From positions 197,014 to 261,013 of the forward strand of contig CAVTMN010000007.1 in the NCBI GenBank assembly GCA_963735845.1: a stretch of DNA of 64,000 nt, written 5' to 3'. This stretch comes from Vulcanimicrobiota bacterium. GTDB taxonomy: Bacteria; Vulcanimicrobiota; Vulcanimicrobiia; Vulcanimicrobiales; Vulcanimicrobiaceae. The position numbers were made by a program, and so were the translations under genes. Under the pieces are notes generated by a model. It saw only the letters and a list, made by a program, of their open reading frames with translations, was not told the DNA's origin and made no database searches. Below, one piece after another: positions 30,413 to 39,829 of this stretch (position 1 is the first letter of the stretch; each line of letters begins with the position of its first letter).

Positions 30413-32208
30413 ATGGCTATTAAAGATCTTCCCGGCACCGTCACCGGAACTCAGCCTTCGCGGCTGGTCGAGATGTCGTGGGATCCGATTACGCGGATCG
30501 TCGGAAGCCTCGGAATCTACACGAAGATCGACTTCCAGAAGAAGATCGTCGCCGAATGCCACGCGACCTCGTCGATCTTCCGCGGCTACAGCATCTTCAT
30601 GAACGGCAAAGATCCGCGCGACGCGCACTTCATCACGTCGCGCATCTGCGGAATCTGCGGCGACAACCACTGCGTCTGCTCGGTCTACGCGCAGAACATG
30701 GCGTTCGGCGTGCGGCCGCCGGCGATGGGCGAGTGGATCATGAATCTCGGCGAAGCCGCCGAGTACATGTTCGATCACAACATCTTTCAGGAGAATCTCG
30801 TCGGCGTCGACTACTGCGAGAAGATGGTTCGCGAGACCAATCCGAGCGTTTGGGAGAAAGCGAAGAAGACCGAAGCGCCGAACGCCGAGAATTCACGGCT
30901 ACAAAACGATCGCCGACATCATGACGTCGCTCAACCCGTTTACCGGAGACTTCTACCGGCAAGCACTGCAGATCAGCCGCTACACGCGCGAGATGTTCTG
31001 CCTGATGGAAGGGCGCCACGTGCATCCGTCGACGCTCTATGCCGGCGGAACGGGAACGGTCGCGACGCAGCAGCTCTTCACCGACTACTACTCGCGGCTC
31101 ATGCGCTACATCGAATACATGAAGGTCTGCGTGCCGCTGCACGACGATCTCTTCGACTTCTGGTACCAGGCGCTGCCCGGATACGAGCATAACGGCGAGC
31201 GGCGCATCTTGCTGGGCTGCTGGGGCGCGTTCCAAGATCCCGACCATTGCGACTTCCAGTATAAGAACATGACGCAACTGGGGGCGCCAGATGTTCGTGA
31301 CGCCGGGCGTCGTCGTCGACGGGAAGCTGGTGACCAACGATCTCGTCGCAGATCAATCTCGGCGATTCGCATTCTGCTCGGCCATTCGTACTACGACGAT
31401 TGGGAGAACGAGGAGATCTTCGTTCCTCAAGATCCGCTCGGCAATCCGGTCGACCGGCGTCATCCGTGGAACATGCACACGCTGCCGACGCCCAAGAAAC
31501 GCGACTTCGCCAACAAGTACAGCTGGGTGATGTCGCCGCGCTGGTTCGACGGCAAGGATTATCTTGCGCTCGATACCGGCGGCGGCGCCATCGCGCGCCT
31601 CTGGTCGACCGCGCTCTCCGGTTTGGTGGACATGGGCGGCTACGTCAAGGCGACCGGCAACAGCGTGCAAGATCAATTTGCCCAAGAGCGCGTTCAGCGG
31701 GCCGGTTTCCTTCGAGTGGAAGGTGCCGAAGTGGTCGAACACGCTGGAGCGCAATCGCGCGCGCACGTACTTCCAAGCGTACAGCGCCGCAGCGCGCTGT
31801 TCTTCCTCGATAAAGCCTTCGAGGAACTCAACGCCGGCAGAACGCGTTCGTGGGAGCCGTTCACGGTGCCGAAGGAGGCGATCGGCTGCGGTTTTACCGA
31901 GGCAGTGCGCGGGCGTTCTCTCGCATCACATGGTCATCCGCGACGGCAAGATCGCCAACTATCATCCGTGGCCGCCGACGCCGTGGAACGGGAACCCGCG
32001 CGACATCTACGGAACTCCGGGACCGTACGAAGACGCGGTGCAGAACACGCCGATTCACGAGGAGAACGGACCGGACTCTTTCAAGGGCATCGACATCATG
32101 CGCGCGGTGCGCAGCTTCGATCCCTGTCTGCCGTGCGGCGTTCACATGTATCTGGGCGAAGGGAAGAGCATCGAGACGGTCCATTCACCGCTCGCGCCGT
32201 TCGGATAA
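30413..32208 (+). CDS. hhyL: [NiFe]-hydrogenase large subunit, group 1h/5 type; about six frame breaks
   Basis: N-terminal Ni-binding motif HFITSRICGICGDNH and C-terminal RSFDPCLPCGVHMY. Conserved blocks appear alternately in ORFs 30413.., 30921.., 31291.. and 31564... Breaks near ~30895, ~31285, ~31350, ~31670, ~31795 and ~31915. Confidence 0.92.
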
Positions 32209-32218
32209 ACGTCAAGGG

Positions 32219-32763
32219 ATGAGCTCCGACGTCGCTGCCGTTGGAAGGCGGATCGAAGAGCTGCTCGCTGGTTTCGGCACGCCTGGGGAGCACGGCGAAG
32301 CCCGCGAGCGGGCGGAGGAGCTCGTTCGGACGATCGTTACGCTGTACGGTGAGGGACTCGAACGTCTGCTCACGATCGTGCACGCCGAGCTTGGCGAGCG
32401 TTCCGACGAGCTCTTCGGACGGATCTGCGAAGACAGGCTCGTCGAGGGGCTCCTCTGCCTGCACGGATTGCATCCCGTCTCGCTCGAGGACCGCATCGAG
32501 GCACGCGATGCAATCGGTGTTGCCGTACATCCGGTCGCACCACGGAAACATGGAGCTCTCGCGGATCGACGGCGACGTCGTCTATCTTGCGCCTCGAGGG
32601 CAGCTGCGACGGCTGCGCCGCCTCGGCCTCGACGCTCAAGCAGGCCGTCGAACGCGCCATTCTGGAACGCGCGCCGGAGATTCGGGAAGTGCGCGCCGAG
32701 GAAAGCCTGCTCGCGCCGAGCGGCTTGCCGGAAACCTCGCTCCGGGTCGTCGCACGGGTGTGA
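32219..32763 (+). CDS. NifU-C-terminal-domain protein of the hydrogenase cluster; two frame breaks
   Basis: MSSDVAAVGRRIEELL...LHGLHPVSLEDRIEA / PYIRSHHGNMELSRIDGDVVYL / RLEGSCDGCAASASTLKQAVERAILERAPEI. Breaks near ~32500 and ~32590. Confidence 0.7.
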
Positions 32764-33404
32764 GTGATGTGAATAACGGTGGAGACAATCAGGCGCTGCT
32801 GCAGCGCATGCTGCGCAAGCGCCCGCCGCCCGGCGAGCGCTGTGACTTCTGCTCGGCGCCGCTTGCGCCGGAGCACAGCCATCTCATCGAGCTTGCCGCG
32901 CGGCGGATTCTCTGCTCCTGCCGGCCCTGCTACATCGTCTTCGAACCGGAAGGCGCCGCAGTCGGGCGATACCGTCCGATTCCCGAGCGTTACCTCGAGC
33001 TCGCGGATTTCGCGCTCGAAGATGCGACATGGGACGCGCTCGCCATTCCGATCGGTCTAGCTTTCCTCTTTTACAACTCGCTGGAAAAGAAGATGGTCGC
33101 CTTTTATCCCAGTCCGGTCGGCGCGACCGAATCGTTGCTGCCGCTCGATACGTGGGGCGAGATCGCGGCGGCCAACCCCGTTCTGTCGACGTTGAGTCCC
33201 GACGTCGAAGCGATCCTGATACAACGCTCCGCGAGAGCGGCCGCGCTGCTTCATCGTGCCGATCGACGCCGCCTACGAGCTGGTCGGCACGATCCGGAGC
33301 ACGTGGAAGGGCTTCGACGGCGGCGAGGAGGCGCACCGCCGCATCGGCGAGTTCTTCGACAAGGTCGAGGAACGGGCGCGCGGCAGCGTGACGCGCGCAC
33401 GTGA
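32760..33404 (+). CDS. Conserved hydrogenase-cluster protein (DUF5947-like, tentative); two frame breaks
   Basis: GTG 32760 is in a GTGA overlap. ERCDFCSAPLAPEHSHLIELAARRILCSCRPCYIVFE...AFYPSPVGATESLLPLDTW.. / CFIVPIDAAYELVGTIRSTWKGFDGGEE. Confidence 0.55.
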   Translation: MSDVNNGGDNQALLQRMLRKRPPPGERCDFCSAPLAPEHSHLIELAARRILCSCRPCYIVFEPEGAAVGRYRPIPERYLELADFALEDATWDALAIPIGLAFLFYNSLEKKMVAFYPSPVGATESLLPLDTWGEIAAANPVLSTLSPDVEAILIQRSARAAALLHRADRRRLRAGRHDPEHVEGLRRRRGGAPPHRRVLRQGRGTGARQRDART

Positions 33405-33405
33405 C

Positions 33406-34044
33406 ATGATCGATCTCTCGTTTAGCATTACCGGCGCTCGCGTCGATCGCTATGCAGCGTCGCCGTGCATCCTGCTGCGAGTTGCGCGTGCAGGAGCGAA
33501 CCGGTGCACGCGTGGGCGCGATCGCGCTGCGGGCGCAGATTCAGCTCGAGGTCGCGCGCCGGCGCTACCTCCCTGAAGAGAGCGCGCTGCTCGCCGAACT
33601 CTTCGGCGAGCCGTCGCGTTACGCGCAAACGCTCAAACCGATGCTCTGGACACACGTCGCGCAGACGGTGCTGGCATTCCAAGGCGAAGGCGAGTTCGAT
33701 TTGCCGGTGCCCTGCAGCTACGATTTCGAAGTAGCGTCGAATAAGTATCTGGCGTCGCTGCAGGAAGGCGCGATACCCATCAACCTGCTCTTCAGCGGCG
33801 CGGTCTTCGTAGACGGGCCGGACGCCGTTACGCCGGAGTTCGTCCCGTGGAGTTGCGAGGCGCGCTACGCGCTCCCGGTGACGCTGTGGCGCGAAGCGAT
33901 GGAGGCTTTCTTCCCCAACTCCGCATGGATCCGCGTCAATCGCGACCTCTTCGACGAACTGCGGCGCTTCAAGACGGCGACCGGCTTCCGACGTGGGACG
34001 CCGCGCTCGAACGCCTCTGCGAGCTGGCACGGGTGAAGTCGTGA
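33406..34044 (+). CDS. Conserved hydrogenase-cluster protein (DUF6084-like, tentative); two frame breaks
   Basis: MIDLSFSITGARVDRYAASP / ALRAQIQLEVARRRYLPEESALLAELFGEPSRYAQTLKPMLWTHV...FSGAVF.. / TWDAALERLCELARVKS*. Breaks near ~33480 and ~33985. Confidence 0.55.
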
Positions 34045-35323
34045 ACTCAATGGCGCCGGCCCTCGCCGTCGCCAACGCGGTGCTGTACGAAGGCTATATT
34101 CTCTTTCCGTACACCGCGTCGGCAAAGAAGAATCGCATCCGCTGGCAGTTCGGCGTGATCGTGCCGCAGGCGTACGCCGACGGCGGAACGGGCGAGCCGG
34201 CCGAGGCGCAGACCGAAATCTTCGTCGAGCTGCGAAGAGTCGACGCGCGTAACGGTATTGGTCCGCTTTCTCCAAGTCGAGCCGCGCTGGGTTCAACGGC
34301 TCGAAGACGGCGACTTCGTTACGGTCGATGCGCTCGAGATCGATGGGCGTCGCATGGTCACGTTCGACGAAGGCGTCGAACGCGAAGTCGCGCTCTGCGT
34401 CGATCCGGCGATGCCGTCGATCGCCGTTCCGATCGCATTCGGCGCGGAGGAACGGATCGAACCGCTGCACGATGCCGCGGGCAACGCTTCGCGGTCGAAT
34501 TCTTCGCCGGCGCTGGGCGCTGCACGGCTCGGTGACGGTCGATTGCGAGCCGGTGGTCGCGAAGCCGTCGCTGCGCAAACTGCGCGTTCGCATCGCGAAT
34601 GCGTCGGCCGTCGTCGAGGGCGAGCGAAGCTCGGCGCTGCGGACGGCGTTCGTTTCGACGCACACGCTGCTCAATGCCGAGCGCGGCCGTTTTCTCTCGG
34701 TGCTCGACCCGCCGCACGAGGCCGAAACGGAAACCGCCGCGCTGGTCAATCGGCACACCTGGCCGGTTCTGGTCGGCGACGGCGAAGCCGACGCGCAGCG
34801 CTCGCCGCTCGTGCTCTCCTCGCCGATCATTCTGTACGACTTTCCGGCGGTCGCGGCGCAGAGCGAAGGCGATACCTTCGACGCTACCGAGATCGACGAG
34901 CTGATGATGCTGAGCGTGCGCAGCCTCTCCGACGAGGAGCGCGACGAAGCGCGAGCGACCGATCCGCGCGCCCGCGCGATCGTCGAGCGCGCGGAGCGAT
35001 TCGGCGCCGAGGAGCTGACCGAGCTGCACGGCGTGCTCGACATCCCGTCGATGGATTGCGTATTCGTGCAAGGAACGAAGATCGCGAAGGGCTCGGTGGT
35101 TCGGCTCCATCCCAAGCGCCGCGCCGACGTCTGGGATCTCTTTCTCGACGGCAAACTGGCTACGGTGCGCGCCATCCATCAAGACGTCGACAATCAAATG
35201 TACGTCGCGGTGACCGTCGACGACGACCCCGCCAGCGAACTGCACGACTGGTACGGGCGCTCGCTCTTCTTTTATCCCGACGAAGTCGAACCGGCGTCGA
35301 TGGTTGCGGAGAGCTCGGGGTGA
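34041..35323 (+). CDS. Conserved hypothetical protein of the hydrogenase cluster (~425 aa); two or three frame breaks
   Basis: GTGA-coupled start. VANAVLYEGYILFPYTASAKKNRIRWQFGVIVPQ.. / VRFLQVEPRWVQRLEDG.. / ..ILYDFPAVAAQSEGDTFDATEIDELMMLSVRSLSDEERDEA...LHDWYGRSLFFYPDEVEP. Confidence 0.5.
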
Positions 35324-35817
35324 AGCTGCTGGTGGCCGGTATCGGCAACATCTTTTTCGGCGACGACGGATTCGGACCGGAGGTCGCACGCGCACTGGCT
35401 AGCGACGAGTTCCCCGGCGTCAAGATCGAAGACTTCGGCATCCGCGGGCTCCATCTCGCCTACGAGCTGCTCTCGGGCTACGACCGCGCGTTCCTCATCG
35501 ATGCGGTTCCCCGAGGCGGACGGCCCGGCACGCTTTATTTGATCGAGCCGGATTCGCCGCGTTCGGCAACGATGCCCGACGCGCACCGAATGGATCTCGA
35601 AAATGTCTTTGCGTTTCTCGACCTGCTCGGCGGCAAGCCGCCGCCGATTACCCTCATCGGGTGCGAGCCGTCGCAGATCGACGAAGAGATCGGGCTCTCG
35701 CAACCGGTTCGCGAAGTGGTCGTGCCGGCGGCCGACCTCGTGCGCAGACTCCTGAGCGAAACCTTAGCCGCGACCAATGGCGGCGGAAAAGAGAGCAAGG
35801 TATGGTCAGAGGCATAA
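35320..35817 (+). CDS. [NiFe]-hydrogenase maturation endopeptidase (HupD/HyaD/HybD family)
   Basis: GTGA-coupled start. VKLLVAGIGNIFFGDDGFGPEVA...FGIRGLHLAYELL..AFLIDAV...HRMDLENV. The product is intact. Confidence 0.85.
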   Translation: MKLLVAGIGNIFFGDDGFGPEVARALASDEFPGVKIEDFGIRGLHLAYELLSGYDRAFLIDAVPRGGRPGTLYLIEPDSPRSATMPDAHRMDLENVFAFLDLLGGKPPPITLIGCEPSQIDEEIGLSQPVREVVVPAADLVRRLLSETLAATNGGGKESKVWSEA

Positions 35818-36059
35818 TCGTAGGCGCGATTGCCTTCGCAGTTGCATTCGCAGCCGAACGCGTCATTGCCGGCATGCAGCCGGATCTCGATCGGTACGAC
35901 GCAATGCGCAAGATGTCGGGTGAGGAGCCGCTTCCCAAAGAGCTGCTCTCGACGGTTGGATCGCTGTTCTCCGGGTCGGTGGACAAGAGCGCCGTTTCCT
36001 CGCTGATCGACTCTCTCACCAACGACGCCGTACGCTACGCAAAGATGCGAGGCATGTGA
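35802..36059 (+). CDS. Small protein with one N-terminal hydrophobic helix
   Basis: ATG 35802 overlaps the protease gene by 16 nt. MVRGIIVGAIAFAVAFAAERVIAG..., 85 aa. Confidence 0.45.
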   Translation: MVRGIIVGAIAFAVAFAAERVIAGMQPDLDRYDAMRKMSGEEPLPKELLSTVGSLFSGSVDKSAVSSLIDSLTNDAVRYAKMRGM

Positions 36060-36598
36060 ATCGAATGGCCGCGCAGGCGGAAACGGTCACCCGCTACGAC
36101 GTCGATTCGGCAGACTCTTCGCTGACGATTGACGCCCGATCGACGCTGCACGCCGTGCGAGCGGCGGCCTCGGGGCTCACCGGATACGTCGTTGCGGGCT
36201 GGAACTCCGACGGCAGCGTGGCCGCTGCCCCGGCCCCGATCGTACACGTCGAGTTTCCCCTCGACCAGGTTCGGTCCGGCAACCCGATGCAGGATCGCGA
36301 GATGCGTCGTCTGGTCGACGCGGGAAGATTCCCCAAAGCAAGCGGCGATCTTCGCAGCGTTGACTTGATTGCACCACCGGGTCGTTACCGGGCCAGCGGC
36401 GAGATCACCCTGGTGGGCCGCACGCGCACCTACGCCGGCGAGTTTACGATGACAAACGACGGGGGGATCGTTACCGTCGAAGGCGAGTTCAGCCTCGATA
36501 TCCGCGACTTTGGCCTCAAACCGCCGAGCTTGCTGATACTCAAGGTCGATCCCGTCTTACGCGTGATCTTGCGGCTAGTTGCGAGGAAGGGCGCGTGA
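36056..36598 (+). CDS. YceI-like (polyisoprenoid/lipid-binding beta-barrel) domain protein, copy 1
   Basis: GTGA-coupled. RYDVDSADSSLTIDARSTLHAVRAAASGLTGYV..VRSGNPMQDREMRRLVDAGRFPKA..YRASGEITLVGRTRTY..SLDIRDFGLKPP follows the YceI pattern seen in the canonical copy at 49221..49772. Confidence 0.6.
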   Translation: MNRMAAQAETVTRYDVDSADSSLTIDARSTLHAVRAAASGLTGYVVAGWNSDGSVAAAPAPIVHVEFPLDQVRSGNPMQDREMRRLVDAGRFPKASGDLRSVDLIAPPGRYRASGEITLVGRTRTYAGEFTMTNDGGIVTVEGEFSLDIRDFGLKPPSLLILKVDPVLRVILRLVARKGA

Positions 36599-37173
36599 CG
36601 GTTATCGAAGAGCGATGCGACGGGCGTGTTCAATTGAAAGTCATGGCAGAAAAGCCGAACTACGAACGCTTCGATGTTGCGAGCACCGACTCGTCGCTGA
36701 CGTTCTTTGCGACTTCGACCCTCTTTCCGGTGTACGGAAAAGCGACCGAGATGACCGGCTACGTCGAGGCGGCTTGGCACGAGAACGGCACGCTGGCCGT
36801 CGATCCGCCGCCGCGGATGTACGTCGAGCTCAAGGTCGAGAGCCTGCGCACCGGCAACGAGCTGCAGGACCGCGAGATGTGGAAGCTCGTCGATAGCAAG
36901 CGGTTTCCCAAGATCGTCGGAGAGCTGCGCGAGCTGAGCGCGGCTGCGCTACCAGGGCGCTACACTGCCGCGGGCAATATCACGCTGGCCGGCTTGGCGC
37001 GCCGCTACGAAGGCGAGCTGTTGCCTTCCCGCGATGGCGATTTAGTGCGAATCGCCGGCGAGATCAACGTTGACGTGCGCGACTTTGGATTGAAGTCGAT
37101 GAACCTGCTCGTGCTCAGCGTCGAACCGCTGGTGCGCGTGCGCCTGCGCATGGTCGCGCGTAAGAAAGGGTAG
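36595..37173 (+). CDS. YceI-like domain protein, copy 2 (tandem paralogue)
   Basis: GTGA-coupled. RFDVASTDSSLTFFATSTLFPVYGKATEMTGYV..LRTGNELQDREMWKLVDSKRFPKI..YTAAGNITLAGLARRY..NVDVRDFGLKSM aligns with copy 1 throughout. Confidence 0.6.
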   Translation: MTVIEERCDGRVQLKVMAEKPNYERFDVASTDSSLTFFATSTLFPVYGKATEMTGYVEAAWHENGTLAVDPPPRMYVELKVESLRTGNELQDREMWKLVDSKRFPKIVGELRELSAAALPGRYTAAGNITLAGLARRYEGELLPSRDGDLVRIAGEINVDVRDFGLKSMNLLVLSVEPLVRVRLRMVARKKG

Positions 37174-37181
37174 AGGCCGCT

Positions 37182-37460
37182 ATGTGTTTGGCCATTCCCG
37201 GCCGCATCATCGAAATTTCGCCCGAGCAGTCGGCGCTGGCGAAGGTCGACGTGGCCGGCGTGCGGCGCAACGTCAACATCAGCCTCCTCGTGGACGAGGG
37301 CGTGCAATCCGGGGACTGGGTCTTGATCCACGTCGGATTTGCCATGAGTAAGATCGAGGAATCGCAGGCGCGCGATCAGCTGCGCATGCTCGCGGCGCTG
37401 GGTGAAGACGAGATGGCAATGGACGAGATACGGGGTTATACGTTTGCCGAACGCGAGTGA
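37182..37460 (+). CDS. hypC: Hydrogenase assembly chaperone HypC/HupF
   Basis: MCLAIPGRIIEI...GDWVLIHVGFAM is the canonical HypC N-terminus and core. Confidence 0.9.
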   Translation: MCLAIPGRIIEISPEQSALAKVDVAGVRRNVNISLLVDEGVQSGDWVLIHVGFAMSKIEESQARDQLRMLAALGEDEMAMDEIRGYTFAERE

Positions 37461-37653
37461 AGGCTGCACGACCTGCGGCGACACTGCGTTGGCACTGCGG
37501 GTCCTCGAACGCGACGGCAACCGCGCGGTTTGCGCCGGCGCGGATGGTGGCCGGAGTGTCGTAGAGCTGGATTTTGTTCCCGACGCTACGACCGGCGACG
37601 TCGTACTCGTTCATTTTGGCGTTGCGATCGCGCGGGCACCACGGGAATCGTGA
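37444..37653 (+). CDS. Second HypC/HupF-family small protein (CxxC type)
   Basis: ..EGCTTCGDTALALRVLERDG..AVCAG..VELDFVPDATTGDVVLVHFGVAIA. The start is TTG 37444 or GTG 37402. Confidence 0.55.
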   Translation: MPNASEGCTTCGDTALALRVLERDGNRAVCAGADGGRSVVELDFVPDATTGDVVLVHFGVAIARAPRES

Positions 37654-37654
37654 G

Positions 37655-38767
37655 ATGAAGTTCGTCGACGAGTTTCGCGACCCGCAGCTCATTCGCAATG
37701 TTTCGCGCGAAATCGGCCGGCTGGCCGATTCCGATCGCCACTACCGCATCATGGAGGTCTGCGGCGGGCATACCCACGCTATTTACCGGCACGGCCTCAA
37801 GAATCTGCTGCCGCCCAACGTCGAACTGATTCACGGACCGGGATGTCCGGTCTGCGTCTTGCCGATGGGGCGCATCGACGACGGTCTGGCGATCGCCGAA
37901 CAGCGCGACGTAATCATGACCGCGTTCGGCGATATGATGCGCGTTCCCGGAACGCGGGGAACGCCGCTCGAGCTCAAGGCGCGCGGCGTGGATATCCGGA
38001 TGGTGTATTCGCCGCTGGACGCGCTGCGCATCGCTCAAAACACACCCGATAAACACGTCTTTTTCTTCGCCATCGGCTTCGAAACGACGGCACCGTCGAC
38101 GGCGTTGACGCTGGCACGCGCGAAGGCGCTGGGGATTCGCAACTTTTCCGTGTTCTCCAATCACGTCACGATCGTTCCGGCGATTCGCGCGATTTTGGAT
38201 TCGCCCGATATGCGTCTCGATGCGTTCGTCGGCCCGGGACACGTTTCGACGGTAACCGGATGCCGGCCGTACGAGTTCATCGCGCGCGACTACGGCAAGC
38301 CCGTCGTCATCTCGGGCTTCGAGCCGCTCGACATCCTCGAGTCGATCCTGATGATCTTGCGGCAGCTGCGCGATAAGGAGTCGCGCGTCGAGAATCAGTA
38401 TCGCCGCATCGTTCCCTGGGAAGGCAACTTGCCGGCGCTGGCGGCAATCGGCGAAACCTTCGAGCTGCGGCCGTATTTCGAGTGGCGCGGCTTAGGATTC
38501 ATCTCGCAGTCGGCGCTGAAAGTCTCCAAGGCCTACGCGCAGTGGGATTCGGAGGTGCAGTTCGAGGTGCCCGGCGTGCGCGTCACCGATCCGAAGGCGG
38601 CGCAGTGCGGCGAGGTGCTCAAAGGCGTGCTCAAGCCGCCGCAGTGCAAGCTCTTTGGAAAAGAGTGCAATCCCGAGCATCCCATCGGCGCGCTGATGGT
38701 CTCGAGCGAGGGTGCCTGCGCGGCCTACTATCGTTACGTGCACCTCAACGAGTCGGTGACGGCGTAG
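37655..38767 (+). CDS. hypD: Hydrogenase maturation protein HypD
   Basis: MKFVDEFRDP..IMEVCGGHTH..HGPGCPVCV..FFAIGFETTAP..GPGHVS..SGFEP. The 370 aa are intact. Confidence 0.93.
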   Translation: MKFVDEFRDPQLIRNVSREIGRLADSDRHYRIMEVCGGHTHAIYRHGLKNLLPPNVELIHGPGCPVCVLPMGRIDDGLAIAEQRDVIMTAFGDMMRVPGTRGTPLELKARGVDIRMVYSPLDALRIAQNTPDKHVFFFAIGFETTAPSTALTLARAKALGIRNFSVFSNHVTIVPAIRAILDSPDMRLDAFVGPGHVSTVTGCRPYEFIARDYGKPVVISGFEPLDILESILMILRQLRDKESRVENQYRRIVPWEGNLPALAAIGETFELRPYFEWRGLGFISQSALKVSKAYAQWDSEVQFEVPGVRVTDPKAAQCGEVLKGVLKPPQCKLFGKECNPEHPIGALMVSSEGACAAYYRYVHLNESVTA

Positions 38768-38779
38768 AGGTCCGCAGGC

Positions 38780-39829
38780 ATGGATACCATCGAACGCGCC
38801 GTGCCGCGGGTGCGTTTCGCCGACAGTCAAATCGAAATGGCGCACGGTGCCGGCGGCAAAGCCTCGCGGCGTTTGGTCGAAGGCCTTTTCGTTCCATTGC
38901 TCTCCAACCCAATTCTGGAGACGCTCTCCGACGCCGCCATCTCACATTTCAACGGCTCGCGGATTGCGACGACCGCCGACGCCTACGTCGTCAAGCCGCT
39001 GCGTTTCCCCGGTGGGTCGATCGGTGAGCTAGCCGTGAACGGAACGGTCAACGACTTGGCCGTCTCCGGTGCCAAGCCGCTCGGCCTCATGGCGGCGTTC
39101 ATTCTCGAGGCCGGCCTGACCGGCGACACGCTGCGAGCCGAGGTCGAAGCGATGGCGGCGGCGGCGGCGCGTGCCGAGGTTGCGATCGTCGGCGGTGACA
39201 CCAAGGTCGTCGAGCACGGAATGGCCGATGGAATGTACGTCACGACCTTCGGGTTCGGCGAAGTCGATGCGCGCGCACATCTCGGGCCGGCGCGAGTTCG
39301 CGAGGGCGATCGGGTGCTGCTCTCGGGCCCCATCGGCGATCACGGCATCACCATTCTGCTCGCGCGCGGCGAGCTCGATCTCGAAGCCGACTTGGCATCG
39401 GACACGCGCTCGGTCGCGCCATTCGTCGACGCGCTGCTCGATTCGGCCGGGGATGCGCTGCACTGGATGCGCGATCCGACGCGCGGCGGCGTCGCCACGG
39501 CACTCAACGAGCTGGTGCATGCGACCGAATTCGGTATAACGCTCTTCGAAGAAACGATTCCGCTGCGCGACGAAGTGCGCGGAGCCTGCGAGATTCTCGG
39601 CCTCGATCCGTTGCACATCGCCAACGAAGGACAGCTTCTTGCCGTTGTCGCGCCCGACCACGCCGATGCGGCGCTGGCAGCGATGCAGGCCGTACCGGGC
39701 GGCGAAGGTGCCGTCTGCATCGGTGAAGTGAGGTCGAAACCGGCGCGCGCGGTGCTGGCGGTGACGAGCTACGGTGGAAGCCGCATCATCGACATGCTCG
39801 TCGGTGACCCTCTTCCACGCATATGCTGA
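38780..39829 (+). CDS. hypE: Hydrogenase maturation protein HypE
   Basis: AIR-synthase-like fold sequence with the diagnostic C-terminal ..DPLPRIC*. The 349 aa are intact. Confidence 0.93.
   Translation: MDTIERAVPRVRFADSQIEMAHGAGGKASRRLVEGLFVPLLSNPILETLSDAAISHFNGSRIATTADAYVVKPLRFPGGSIGELAVNGTVNDLAVSGAKPLGLMAAFILEAGLTGDTLRAEVEAMAAAAARAEVAIVGGDTKVVEHGMADGMYVTTFGFGEVDARAHLGPARVREGDRVLLSGPIGDHGITILLARGELDLEADLASDTRSVAPFVDALLDSAGDALHWMRDPTRGGVATALNELVHATEFGITLFEETIPLRDEVRGACEILGLDPLHIANEGQLLAVVAPDHADAALAAMQAVPGGEGAVCIGEVRSKPARAVLAVTSYGGSRIIDMLVGDPLPRIC

Noticed and set aside
29371-32208. Programmed ribosomal frameshifting as the explanation for the split hydrogenase genes
   Set aside because: There are too many switches (about 10), they go in both directions, and the sites I inspected show no slippery heptamers or downstream structures. 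Indel error or recent decay is far more parsimonious.
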